Shown: positions 25,544 through 38,694, numbered from the stretch's first letter. The stretch is DNA of 64,000 nt from Callorhinchus milii (GCF_018977255.1 NW_024704743.1:8434001-8498000), one strand, 5' to 3'. Notes: generated from the letters alone by a model not told the origin. Numbers and translations: made by a program.

Positions 25544-26519
25544 CTGGGGAGGAAAAGAAAGATAGGTTATTGACTGTGCCATACATTTTCAAATTTACTG
25601 ATAGTAAAATGTGAAACAAAAAATACATGAATTGAATTCTTCTTTGTAGTATCTCAAATTTAAATAGCTTTTATGAGAAATGTTAGTTTAAAAACTGGAG
25701 TATCATGCAGCCGCTCTCTTAAAGAGTTTACATCTTTGCAGCAGCCTTGCCAAGTCTCAGTGTCTCAATTTAAAATGCATACAAACATCTTTCAAGAACT
25801 GTACATGACTGAGAAGGTGGCATACAGATTGAATTAAGACATACACAACCACAAAATTATGATAAAACCTCTGATAAAAGAAAGGGGCAGCAAGTCAACT
25901 GCTCTGTATTTGGAGATGTGATCAATTCAAAGAGCAATTACACCAAAAGTCTTTCACATACAGATTTTGCCTTTGACGTATGAACAATGAAAGCGGGTAA
26001 CAGTTAATTTTGAGATCATTTTGAACACACGTGAAGTGTTGGGTATTATGAGCAGCAAAATCCAAACAATGACTTGTTGAAGTCATCCATCTACTGTTTG
26101 TAAGTGCCCGCCAGAAAGCCACTAAAGAACAAATGCATATGGTCTATGCAAATACCATTCACACAATAACATGACCATTGCGTGTGGACATTGCCCTCAC
26201 AAGCTAAAAACAAAACAGTTCTGCTGCTCAATTATCCATAAACGCTTGGTAAATAAATAAGAAATAAGAGCTCAGAATGAGCTTCAAATTGTTTGAGTTA
26301 ATGAAAGTGTAGATGCTGAAAATTTAAAAAAGCAAATACAAACATCACAGCAGGCTAAATCAATTTCTGAAAGAGAAATATAGGTTAGCATTCCTTTATC
26401 TGAACTAATGGACTGTAAAACCCCTGTATAAGAGTAATCTATTTTGGTTCCATCTATATAAGACAACAAAGCTCTACAAATACTTAATGCCATAGAAGAA
26501 GCATGAAACTGTGGTAAAA

Positions 26520-27080
26520 TTAAAGCAAGGAAGTGGTGTAAATGTATACAAGACATTGGTTAGGCAGTAAATGGAGTACTGTATGCAGTCTGTCCACCTC
26601 ATTAGAGAGGAAATCAGAGTTATGGAAAGGGTGTTCGTTTGATGATAGGATATAGATTATGAATATAGGTTGAAAAAATTGGAACAGAGAAAGTTAAGAG
26701 GGGGAATGTGATAAAATTCTAAAGGTTTTGTGAGGTTAGATAGTGAGATTATTCCTTCAGTTTGGTAAAAAGGTAACAAGAAGGCACAAACTCGGAGCAG
26801 TCATTGAGAAGGAGAGCTTAGAAAGGTTTTCATACAGGTATTAGAATAATGTTTGCAATTTTTATAGTGCCTTTCACATCAGGATCTACTTTAAGTGTAG
26901 GGAATGTAATTTGAAGGCAAATGCATCAACCAATTGGAATTGGATAAACAATTGAAAAAGAATATAACATGGAATGGGGAAAGAGCAGGGATTTAGAATT
27001 GGAAAAATTAATGCTGTTGGATAACAGCATTAGTTTCATTTTAGGCTCAATGGGACAAATGGCTTTCTCTTATCGTATGA
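26520..27080 (+). mobile_element. Highly decayed CR1 3' region in the last EPC1 intron
   Basis: tatacaagacattggttagg...ggagtactgtatgcagt (LY..LVRP.LEYC.Q-like), aaagttaagaggg, gggacaaatggc tail. Confidence 0.6.
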
Positions 27081-30000
27081 CTGGTGTTGAATTAGATGTG
27101 TGTGGTTCCTGATTTGTATAAATGGCTCTTATATTAAGAAATAACGTTACTAGGTGAAACGAATGCTACAGTTTGCATTTGTAATGTCAATATACAACAT
27201 TAACTTGAATTTATATAGCACCCTTCAAGCGGGGCAGTGTCTCGGAGAGCTAAGTGGCAGAGCCTGACGCCAAGCAAGGGGGAGGTGACCTTAAGCACGG
27301 TCGAAGAGGAAGGTCTTTAGGCTTGATTTGAAAATGGGGAAGGAGGCGGCAAGCCAGAGGGATTGAGCGAAAGAGTTTCAAAGTTTTGGGACATACACAG
27401 AAGATGCTTCATGGATACAGTCAATATCTTCTTTCAAGGTGGTGCTAAAAACATTTAAATGCCTTAATGGATATGAGTTAGAACTGGAAGGATCTGTGTG
27501 AGCCACAATGGACTTTCTTCCAGAGTTTATGTAGATACAATATTGGGCGGGTGATTTATGGGCTATTGTGGTCCAAAGACAATGAACAATCATATTCATT
27601 TGTTCTATGCATTCTGAAACCAAACAAGTCTAAGAGGTCTTACTGGTTAAAAATCCAGCAAAGCCATCCATTTTTCCAGGATTATAGTTTAGGATTTTGA
27701 AGGTTGATGTTGAGAAATCAAAGTTCAGAGCAGATACGACATTTTGAAGACTTATGCAATGTGTAGACAATTTTGACAACCATTACTGAAGGGTATAGGT
27801 TGAGGTCGCAGGAAGTGCATCAAATGATCAAAATTGTTGGATTGGGGCTTTATTAAATTAGAATAATTAGGGTTATATGATGTTAATCACAACCAAAGGA
27901 GAACATTAAAAAATGTAAATAAATAAATCTAAGTAACTTATAAAATACAAATTACTGGGGTAAAATTGCAAATTGACCAATAAACATCATTTTTAATATA
28001 AAAAATTACCAAAGGAGCAAAATAAAATGGTGTAATTCTCGAACAAGACTTAACGTACAAGGCTTGCTGGATTCTGTTATTTGTAAATAATCTGTTCATT
28101 TGGTTCCACAGTTTTGTCATCGTTTTTACCTACAAAAATGTGTCTTTGGGAGGTAAGGTCACCACAGACACCACTTTCTGCATGGGCACATATTTGCAGA
28201 TAGAACCTACAATATCACTGGAAGTTGGCTAGTGGTCAAAAAATTGCTGAAAATTAAAACAAATGCCAATGTTATTTGTCGAAAACTAAAATCTAAAAAT
28301 TGAAAACCAGGAACCCTACATGTAAAGGCTGAGTGAAGTTCACTGGGTTTGCTTAGATAATGTAAGGATTGATGTATTCTATGCCTATTCTATGCCGATC
28401 AATGGCCTATTCACTTGTAAGACATTCTGGGCTGCAGCCAGCAAACCTAACATCTGAAACCAAGTATCAGTACTAAGCTTGTAAGTTGACTTGCCAGGAT
28501 TCAAAATTCCTGAATTTATGCCTAATTCAGTGCGTATATTTTTGCATAAGCTGAACTATTATTGCAAACACCACAAATGTTTTCTGTTCATTGTTAAAAT
28601 CAGCTATGGTTGTCAGCAAAAAATACCCCCATGGTAGGCTTGGGTCACCCTAGGGAAATCGCTAATGTTTGTGTTCCATCAATGCGCAGGGACAGTTGCT
28701 TCCTTCAAAAAAATGATTTGCTAATAGAATAATGTACATAATGACTTGCTTTTTTTAAAAAATTACATTGTCAAAGACTTCTTCTCTAATTGTAGTTGTA
28801 TAACCCTCCACCAAGAGTCAAGTAATACTGCATGTTTAAATCTATGTAAATTAAAAGCAGAAAAGGGTATTTTCCCCATACAGTAAGACATTTCCTTCAT
28901 TGTCCAATACATAGTGTTGTTTTAAAACTATCAAGGAAAATTTGCAACATACATTGAAGCCCTTGCTCTATGAAATGGATGCTTGTTGTAACCTGCACAT
29001 AAATAATCTAGCTTTGATATAAAATATATCCCTAAACAGGAAGCTGTGTTAACCACCAAGAAATTGTTAATAAAAAAAGTTTTTGTTTTTAAAAAAGGGC
29101 AACTGTCCACTACTTGCTGGTTTATATATTAAAAAAGAAACAAAGAGCATTTACTTGCCTCCCAACCTCCTGCTCCTACCCTTAAAGCTTCCCGAAGTTC
29201 TGTAGCAAAGTCTCCTTTTATGATTCCTATTTCACCATCTGGGCAGCAACATCACACCACACCTCTATGGCGCTATGAATTGCAGGGCCAGTGTCGTGTA
29301 TGTGGAGAAACACTTCCTGCAGGTGTGATGTTTAAAGAGTGAGCATCACCATCAGTACCCCTTTATGAAATAATTCAAACCATTAAAAAGAATTGACAAA
29401 CTTTTGATATTTTTGTCCGATTTTGTTAAAAAAAGTAATTTTGTTTAAACAGTAGCTGCCGATGACACATCATTGGGCTCAAAATCTCCTTCAAGACAGA
29501 CGCCCTAATAGTCACCAACACTTACTGCTGCAAAAAAGGGTACTGATTGAGAGAAATGCTAGGTTACCTACCTTCTGAGATGTTCCTTGTTCTCTGAATA
29601 ATCAACTACCACACAAAAGATACAGGCTACGTGGGAAAGGGTGGGGGGGGGGGGGGTGGAAAGAAGGATGGCAAGGGAAGGGGGGGGGGGAGGATTGAAA
29701 ACGGCAAAAAGGAAACAAATGTGACTGTCCCATCAGCATCATTTAAGAGCCCTTACGCGTATAGACTTTCTTAAGTGTCTGCTGTGCAAAAAACCCTTTG
29801 ACTGGTATCAGATCAGTTCTTTTGAGGCAAGCAGCAGCAAAGACACAGTAATGTTATAACAAGGCAAGAAACCTAGAAATATCAGAAAGCTGAGGTAGCT
29901 TTTAAAGGTTAAATTAAGAATGATGAAGACCTTGGCAAAACTAATTGGATATTCTTCCTCATTTTTCAACTTGTACACAAATATCAAACAGTACAAAGAA

Positions 30001-30864
30001 AAAGTGAAAAACTCCATCATCTCATTTTAAAGCCCAGTATGGAGCACATACCAAACTACCACCTAGCTATACCAATGTTCATTATAAAGTGGTTAGCCTA
30101 ATGTTGTTAAACAAAATAGTTTATCTATTTATCTATAGAGAACACCAAGCCTCTATAACTTCAACAGGTAAAACAGTCTCCAGAAAGATGACATTTCAAA
30201 TTTTGTTACCTGTACTTCCTGAAACAAAATTCTGATGAAATTTTAATCGTCAACCAGACTATGCTCCCTACCAAAAGCCAAATATCCTCTCAGTACGCAA
30301 AGCTCACTGACAGCAGAAATTTGAAACTGATGATCACACAAAAAAGGATTAAAACCGTAAATGCCCATTGAAGACCAGCTATTTCCCAGATATCTCAAAA
30401 ATGTGACAACACTGGATGTTTTGAAAATTTACTGCCAGAGGTGGGCAATAGGCTGAAATTACTGCAAATTTAACCATCAGTTGGGGACAGATCACAAGAG
30501 TAGAAAGATTGTATTAAAGTGAGGACTGCTGGCATTTTACACCCTCCACAGACCTACTTGTCTAACAGTTTACTCAGTTACACTAAGAAACTGAATGAAT
30601 TTTAAAATGGTGTGCAATAAACTACAACTTTAATACAATTTGGAAGGGAGTACAAGCAGCCAAAAGTCACCCATCCTGAATGGATAAATAGCAGCATTCC
30701 CTATGAAAGCAGGCAGATTATGTAAATGTAATATGAACCCTGTAATCAACTCGATTGTCAAATTTCTCAAGGTCAAGTAAATACGGTGACCTGATCAGGG
30801 TACCACCGTAGTAACCCAGCTGAAATACAGTCTGTACAAAAAGGAATTTAGAAAAGAGTCTTAC

Positions 30865-31240
30865 CGTGGTACTCCATCCATGGAGGAGGACCCTGGGACC
30901 TTGGGCACCTGACAATTTGCTGCTGTAGCCAGCTTTAAGGCGGATTGCGGAACTGTGTTTAAAGTCCTAGGTATATGACGTGCATTCAGACTGGTGACAG
31001 AATTAACAGTAGCTACTGAGCCAGGTACACCTAGACGAAGGTTATTCCCAAGCAAGAGCTGAGGAGTGGAGGAGTTTGTAGCACTTCCGTGGTGACTCAG
31101 AGCACCGTGTGAACTTGCTGTCAGTATGTTGCTGCAGGGTGACAGCAAGGCTGAACCCACTGATGATGATGAACATGATTGACTGGTTTGTACAAGTGCA
31201 GTAGTCGTGGTACTAGTGAGGTGTAAGCCCTTGTATGATC
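30865..31240 (-). CDS. EPC1: EPC1 penultimate coding exon (376 nt)
   Basis: ttttag|GA TCA TAC...CCA CG|gtaaga; GSYKGLHLTSTT...NARHIPRTLNTVPQSALKLATAANCQVPKVPGSSSMDGVPR. This low-complexity region matches recalled EPC1 rather than EPC2. Confidence 0.95.
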
Positions 31241-32137
31241 CTAAAAGAAAGCAAACAGAATTAAGGAACAATAATCAAATACATTTTGGGGGGAGGGGGG
31301 AAAGAAGAGGGCTGGGGAGGAAGATGCAGAAAAATAAAATAGCTTTCACTGGATACATTTATATTTAAGAAAATAATCCTGAATCTTAATTCTGATTATT
31401 TTGACTCAAGCATTATGCAGTACTGCACATGTCAGATGAATGATATTACCAATTCCCAGTCTCCCCCACCCCCAAAGCTAAATTTATTAATGTAATTTTA
31501 GTTTCTGGTCGTGTAAGAATTACTTTACATTATTCATACTATCTTTAATGAAAGAATGTTCACTTCTGAAGGCCAGTTTGCCTTGTAAATAATGGTAATT
31601 ACAGAGTGAGGTACTTTGTACCAAATAGGACCACTATCAGTAAGGACTTTGGTTTCCTGTAGCCAGCTAGAGATAAAAGGGTTTAGACATGGCATTTCCT
31701 TTAGTTGATCTCAAAAGGACGAGGAGCTGAGTATAGCAACCAGGATCAACCACAGAACCTTCTGGTCCCAAATTTAATGCCACTAGTATTCTTGCCTACT
31801 TTGCATTACAACGAGAGAGCTCGTTTAAAAAGACATTGAAAACATGGGCAAGCAGAGCAGGATTCATTCAATTTCATCGTCAATACTTCTACCCAATTCT
31901 AAAAAAAGTGAAGTTTAAATTATTGTTTTCAAAACTGCAACACAAGCACTACCACCCTATATTTATGCTGTACTGATACAAAATGCATATGACAGCAAAT
32001 TCTTCGCAATATTAATTGCCCTGATTCTCATTTCAGTTATTAATTCTTCCAATCTACTCAAAAGTTCTTGTTTTTTTAAAAATTCTAAAATTATGTTCAA
32101 CTTGAATGTCAGCACAACAGTAAAAAGCTGGACTCAC

Positions 32138-32273
32138 CTGAGGCCTGAAGGACACCGTTGATTCCAAGCACTACTTCCTCCTTTGCCTTGTATGCCATCA
32201 ACTGTTCCGATGTCACCAAAGCTGAGGCAGCGAACTGTGCACTAACAGAATCCAATGTTTTTGAAACCGAACC
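32138..32273 (-). CDS. EPC1: EPC1 third-from-last coding exon (136 nt)
   Basis: tggtag|GGT TCG GTT...TCA G|gtgagt; GSVSKTLDSVSAQFAASALVTSEQLMAYKAKEEVVLGINGVLQAS. Confidence 0.95.
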
Positions 32274-33929
32274 CTACCAAACAAAACCCCATGTGTATCA
32301 AATCATTGAAACTTTCAAACAGTTTTGTAAACAACCTAAACCATAAGAGCTTTAACAAAAATGACAAAACTAGGGCTAAAATGCTTAACAAAAATGATAA
32401 ATGGGTCAAGACCACCTGACAAGCAGCTCCTCACATTCTATTGGGCACATTTAAGACATACTGAGTGAGGAGACACAACGAGGGCAACATCTACCAAGTG
32501 GATGGGGACAATTGGTATCTCCGTTGAGCCTTTCTTGTACATTTAGTTGCCAGCCAAGCATGACACTGGCAGAAGCCTGAAATGTGTACACCAGGTATTG
32601 GAAAGAACCTCTGAAGGGAGGATCCCTCGGGTGAAGAAAGTTGAAGATGTGCATTTTTAAATAAAAAACTACAATTTTTCTATTTATGATTAAATCCTTT
32701 AGAAATCCTCTACCTGTTAGGCAAAGAATGCTGGGAGTGAAATTCCTCTTTCCACAATAGGTAACCTCAACATAAGCTTATACTGGGATTTTCCCCATCA
32801 TAAGTATATTTTCTTGGTCACTCGGCAGCAAAGAGAAACTTTTTAACCCAATCCTTCAACATCCCTCTCATCTATGAATATAGAAAAAAATGCATGCTCG
32901 TCTCAGCGCAAAAACAGTCACTACACTCAGCAGTAATTACTGCAAAGCACTTTTGAGATACAAGGCATTGTACAAATGAGTTCTTTTACTTTTTTTGGAC
33001 ACACTATAGTACCCATTACACATAGCAACTGGAGCATGTAGCTTATTGTAATACAAAATATTTGATTCTAGTCGTCTTCAGAATAATCCAAGTCTACATT
33101 TTCAACCGTTGGTTCCATTATTCCTTAAATAGGTAATTTATGTTCTCTCCACATTTCAATTGGTAAAACTACTGCCTAGTGTGAAATTGAGCCAGAGAGA
33201 TCATGAAAGTTCCAGCTTTGATCGTATGTGCTCAGTTAACTAATGTCAACTGGAATGTTGGATTGACTGCAGTATCCTGCACTAAGGAGAAGAATAGCAA
33301 AATAAAAGCCAGTTTTCCACACCCCTGTTCGCAATTCAATATGCTAAGTGCCTGTCTTGATATTAGGTGAGGGCAGTATTGGGCTTTCCTGTGATATCAA
33401 TCGACCAAAAGGAATGTGTATACCTGTTGCCTACATTTACATATAAAGAAAGACCATTTGGGTAAGATAACCAGTGAATGGTCAGCACCCGTGGAACTGT
33501 ACTTCAATAAGAGGTAGTCTCACCTACTCTCACCTGGAGAGTCATTGACAATTACTGGAAGGGGGAGACAGGAAGAGGAGAAAAGAGAAGCCATAAAAAA
33601 AGCTTTTTGAGAAGATGGGATTTTAAAATTTATTCTGGAAACTTATTCAAATCTAATACGCAGCAGGAACATCATATTTCCAAAATATTTGCTCTTCAAT
33701 TATTTTAGTTTGTGTAAAATACAGCATTTTATGATTTTCATTTTGCAGCGAGAGATTATACATTATGTAGATCAAGTTAAAGTAAAAATTACATCTAACG
33801 TTTCACAACACCACCTCTTTCCTTCCATGACATTTAACATTATTCACAGTGGGGTGGGGATCGGGGAAAGAAGAGAAAGACGAAAAAGAAAGACTTTACT
33901 AATGACCATTTACATCCCTAAATCCCTGA

Positions 33930-34185
33930 CAACTGGCATTTATATAGAACCCTTCACACAAAGTAACATCTGAGTACTTTATAATGGTGGGACAGAAGCT
34001 GAGCCTGAGGTGGGGGAGAGGGGGAAGAGGAGGCGACTCTGAGCATGGCTGATGAAGTAGGTTTTAAGGCAGCTCTTGAAAACAAGTCTGAGGGGGGAAG
34101 GAGGGAATTCTTGTGCGTAAGCATTGGAAAGTTCGGCCACCGATGGAGCATGGGTGACGCACAAGTAGTCAGCATATCAGAAGAT
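33930..34185 (-). mobile_element. Old L2 3' end
   Basis: FKSCLKTYF motif on the minus strand plus tail-like catttatatag. Similar decayed ends at about 27200-27390 and 61905-62135. Confidence 0.6.
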
Positions 34186-34479
34186 CAGTGTAGGAGGAGA
34201 TCAGAGACAGGGAAGTGCTTGGGGGTGAGGGTTTCAAAATCAACTCCACTTAAATATTCCAAAAAAGAACGATGGAAACTATTAATTAGCTATAACAGTT
34301 CAAGTTGCAAACAGGCTACAAATGAGTCCATTTATAATGATAAATCCTATTTTAAGGGTTATTTAATTACCTACTCAAATTTGCTGCTAACTGAGAAATT
34401 TTATATGAATTACAATTCTACTTTAGCAGCAAGAGTGAAAAAAAAACTAACTAACTAGACACGTTCTGCCCACTCTTAC

Positions 34480-34598
34480 CTGTGAAGTATTGGAGCCTGA
34501 ATTACTATGTGCTAGCTGCTGCTGAATCTGTGCAAGCTGTTGTTTCTGCATCAGTACTAGCTGCTGCTGATGTTGCTGGTATTGTTCCGCTGTAAATG
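34480..34598 (-). CDS. EPC1: EPC1 exon 11 (119 nt), Q-rich start of EPcC region
   Basis: gttcag|CA TTT ACA...TCA CAG|gtaaga; AFTAEQYQQHQQQLVLMQKQQLAQIQQQLAHSNSGSNTSQ. Confidence 0.96.
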
Positions 34599-36594
34599 CT
34601 GAACACAAATTAATTTAAGTTAAATATGATTCCAACTCACGAGCATTGAACACAAGAGCCACTTTTCTAGTCTTACACAAAAATTTGCAGACTTGTCTAT
34701 AAAATAGCTATAATATTGTAACAGCACTAAATTAATCCTGCCCTCACCTAATGTTTGCTAGGAAAATGACAATTACTGAAGTACCACACACTGACACAAA
34801 ATTGCAATTTAACTGACAGGTATTGGCAAAAAAAATTTGAATAAGGGAACAAATGAGTTACCAAGTCACCCATTCACACAAATTGAACAAACTCAAGGTA
34901 CCTATCAAGGGGGAGAGGCATTTTGTTTCACATTAACAAGACAAGCCTGGGCACCGAAGATGATAACAGTGAGTGATTGGGAAGAGAAGGGGGATATTGA
35001 TTTGACAATGTTCTAACAAAAAGATGCTTGAACTACCAAAAAACATTTACACAAGTCTTGATAACACATTATACAATGTCCTGACAACAGATTTTATATA
35101 ATCTGTAGAACAAGCAAACAAATGCTAAAATAATCTCCAACAAAGTTTCTTTTAGCAGTAGCGCAATTGTGACTAGAAACATACTTGGGACTTCAAAAAT
35201 GCAACTAAACTTAAGTCTAGCAGCACAAAGTTTTCGCCGCAAGCTAGCAAGCAAGCCTTTGCTCTTTTGGAAAGCTTCGTCTCAGCTGGGAACCTCAATG
35301 TGGCCTCTAAACCGATATTGGGATGACAAGAGCTTTCCTTTGTGACTAAATCATCTAAATCATCTACCTGTATAATCCAAAAACATCTTCAAATTTTAAT
35401 CATGTCAGAATATTATTTTCCACTATAATGTAAGGGAAAGTAAATGCAAGTCAAGTCTCTTTGACAGCTGCTTGAGCTTCCTTCTGGAAACTGCGGGGAA
35501 GCTCCTCGTAACGACACAGAAGTCTGTGTCCAGAAAAAACACATCCTGGTGAGGATTTATGAACTGGAAAATAGATTTCAAATAAAAGACAAGTGGGGGA
35601 CTAGGCACAATTTCTTGTAGAATACCATCAAACAAACATTCAGGAACTAAAAGAAAAAGTACACATATATTGCTCATTAGCTGTAATGCACTTTTTAAAC
35701 AAAGCACATAAATGTAATCAAGTTCAACTACTAACAGATCAATAAATCCATATTATGAAAATATTGTAGCTAATAAATTAGACCACAAAAATCAGGGATA
35801 CAAGTCTCATGATCAAATAGCCCATTTTAAGGAAGATAATACAATGAGCTGAAACTGGATTGTCTTAATAAAGTATTCTGAATTTTACTATAGCTTCAGA
35901 AGAAAACTTGAAAGACACGCAGGAGTTCAAGTTTTTTATTGTACTCCCCTTGTTACAGTAGCATGACCAAAATCCAACCCTGAAGTGATGACTAATTGTG
36001 ATTTTTTTTAAACTCCCAGTGCGTACCTGATTGAGAATTTTTGAAATAAAATTGAAAACCCATGTTGTTTGTATGTAGACATGTAACCAAAACAACAATT
36101 TAACTTCAGTTGTCACACGACTTGTGTAAGCTGGTTTTGGCAGCTAAATAAAAAAATACAGAAAATTGTATTAAGCAATATTCTGAACACAAAAAAAATC
36201 CCAATTTCCTACCAGAACCCAAAAACATCTAGCAAAAGAACCCCGAAACGAGAACTCAGAAAATGAGTGAGTTTGCTTTCGTTTTCCTCTTAATCACACT
36301 AAGTTTGGTAAAAGTATGAGATGATATTTGCTGAAATGGCACAACAGTTGAGGTTTGGGTAATTTTTCCAGTTTAGATTGTTTTTCACATATTAATTGGT
36401 AAGAATGGCAACTGAGCAAGTTATCGTAATGAATTGAATGCATTTGAGATACCTGGATACCAAGACGTTTCAATATGTAAGTAGGAATTCTGCTGACACA
36501 GTGACCTAACCACCAACTTAATTCCCAGTGGATACAAGCATAATAAAATCATGCCAATATGGATTCAGATATATTGCTTAAAATCTACATCTCA

Positions 36595-37360
36595 GCTGTC
36601 CAAAGGCACTAAACAGTCAGGGATTTGGACCTGAGCTGGGGGTTGGGAACAGGAGGAGTGGAGGGCAGGTGTAGGAAGGCGGTCAAAGGGGAAGAGTCTT
36701 GAGATATGCCTTGAAGGAGGCAAAGGAGGGAGCAATGCAAAGAGATTGTGGGATGGAGTTCCAAAGGGTGGGGCAGAGCGGCTGAAGGTCCGACCACCGA
36801 TGGTGAGGCAGGCCGAGTGGGGACGAGGAGCAGGCCAGGGCCCGCTGAGCGGGGGGAGCAGACAGGTTGATATGCGGTTAGGAAGGAGCAAGGCTGTGGA
36901 GGGCTTTGAAGGCGACGATGAGGATTTTGAACACTTTCCTCTGGGGGGATGGCGGACCAGTGAAGCCAGGCAAGGGTGGGCGTGATAGGGTCACGGAGCC
37001 TGGTGCGGGAGAGGACACGAGCTGTAGAGTCCTGAATGATCTGCAGCGTGTGGAGGGAAGTGTCGGGGAGGCAGACAGGGAGTTGGTGTAGTCAAGCCTA
37101 GATATAATAAATGCATGGACGAGGATCTCAGCGACCTGAGGGGAGAGGCAATAGGGGGAGCTGGGCGATGTTGCGGAGGTGGGAGAAGGCAGAGCGGGAC
37201 ATGACACAGATTTGGAGTAGAAAGGACAGTTGAGGGTCAAACAAGATGCGAAGGTTCCGGACCTTTTCAGTGAGGTATAGAGTGCATCCATGGGTGGTGA
37301 TGCTGCCAACGCCTGAGGTGTGGAGGCGCTGACAGGAGCCAATCAGGAGGACCTTGTTCT
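36595..37360 (-). mobile_element. L2 3' fragment in EPC1 intron 10
   Basis: AEILVHAFIISRLDYTNSL and FKILIVAFKALHSLAPS motifs. Confidence 0.88.
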
Positions 37361-38674
37361 TGTTGGGTGTATTTGAGTATTACTAGAGTATTACGAGTAC
37401 TATAAATAATCATACAGTACCTATTAGCAAATAAAAGTGACTGAGTAAATTATTCAGAACACAAGTTTTCATGATTCAACAATTACCTGAATCAAACCCC
37501 ATCCCCCACACAGCATTGCAAATCATTTTCGTTTTCCATTACTCCACACATTATTGAACACAAACACAACATTAATACAGGTGGCAATCAAGTAAAATTA
37601 TAGTGCCCATTATTCTAAACAAATCAAAAGAATAAATACGTTACTGCAAAAGCCCAATATGATGTAGAGGTGCAAAAAAGGATCCTACAAATTAGTGCAG
37701 AGGGGTTCACTGTATTTTCTGACCATAGTGATTCAGTTGCACTGGGATATTCTCCATTATAAGCGCTGACTACCAGGAACATGGCCGTCAAACAAACAGA
37801 AAATCCAATTTTCAGTATCTAGGAGAATATTTATATAGTTCAGTTAAAACCTGGATGTGTTTATCAGTTACCTAGGTAACAATATAAATGTTGTAATTTA
37901 AACCTCTCTCTACAAGCACAAAAGAAGCATTAAGCTAAATGCAGTACAACATATAAAATGGTAGCCCCAAATGAGTTCAAGGTTGCAATCTAATACCAGG
38001 GTTTGGATGAAAGTAACCCAAAACAATTAGGTTACCTTTGTAGCTTATGTCCAAGGGACTATTTATATACAACTCAGTCTTGACAACGATGACTCAAATG
38101 AACTGTATTGTTATTCCATCAGTTTGGACAGCATATAATGGAAGGACACTTATCAAAAGAAACATCATAGCAGCTGATCACAAGGATCTGAACCAGCAAC
38201 ATTTGGTACCAAGACAGTTTATCAATGCGCTGTACGTAGCATTGAATTTTCTTCGATCGCACGCCTACTGATCAACACTTAGGAACAAAAAAGGGTATCA
38301 ATTCAATTTCCTAATGTAGACTGCACCTTAATGTCAACTCAGCACTTGAGTCTTGAAAATGCTGCTCCCTCCAGGGAAGGGCAGCAATCTCAACTACAAA
38401 AATAGAATTTATTACTGTACCTCATAATTTTTTTGGGAGTGGTTGTGGATAAGATCTGTTATCTTTACCCCTCCCTCAAGCATTTCAGTTAGCCACACTC
38501 TTTATTTGTGTGTCATCTGCAAATTTTGATATTGTGCCCCTTATAACAGAGTCCAGATCATTTGTATAACTGGAGAAAATCAACGGTCTCACCACTGGAT
38601 GACACCTCGTTTTATCTCCCTCTAATCTGAAAAAAAACCTACTTCGACCATGCAGTCACATTTCAGTTCATATG

Positions 38675-38694
38675 TATATATATATATATATATA
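38675..38694. repeat. (TA)10 microsatellite
   Basis: Directly visible. Confidence 0.9.

Noticed and set aside
32714..32782. 69-nt AG...GT interval matching the size of the human cassette exon
   Set aside because: In-frame TAA, no peptide similarity and a poor pyrimidine tract; the size match is probably coincidence.
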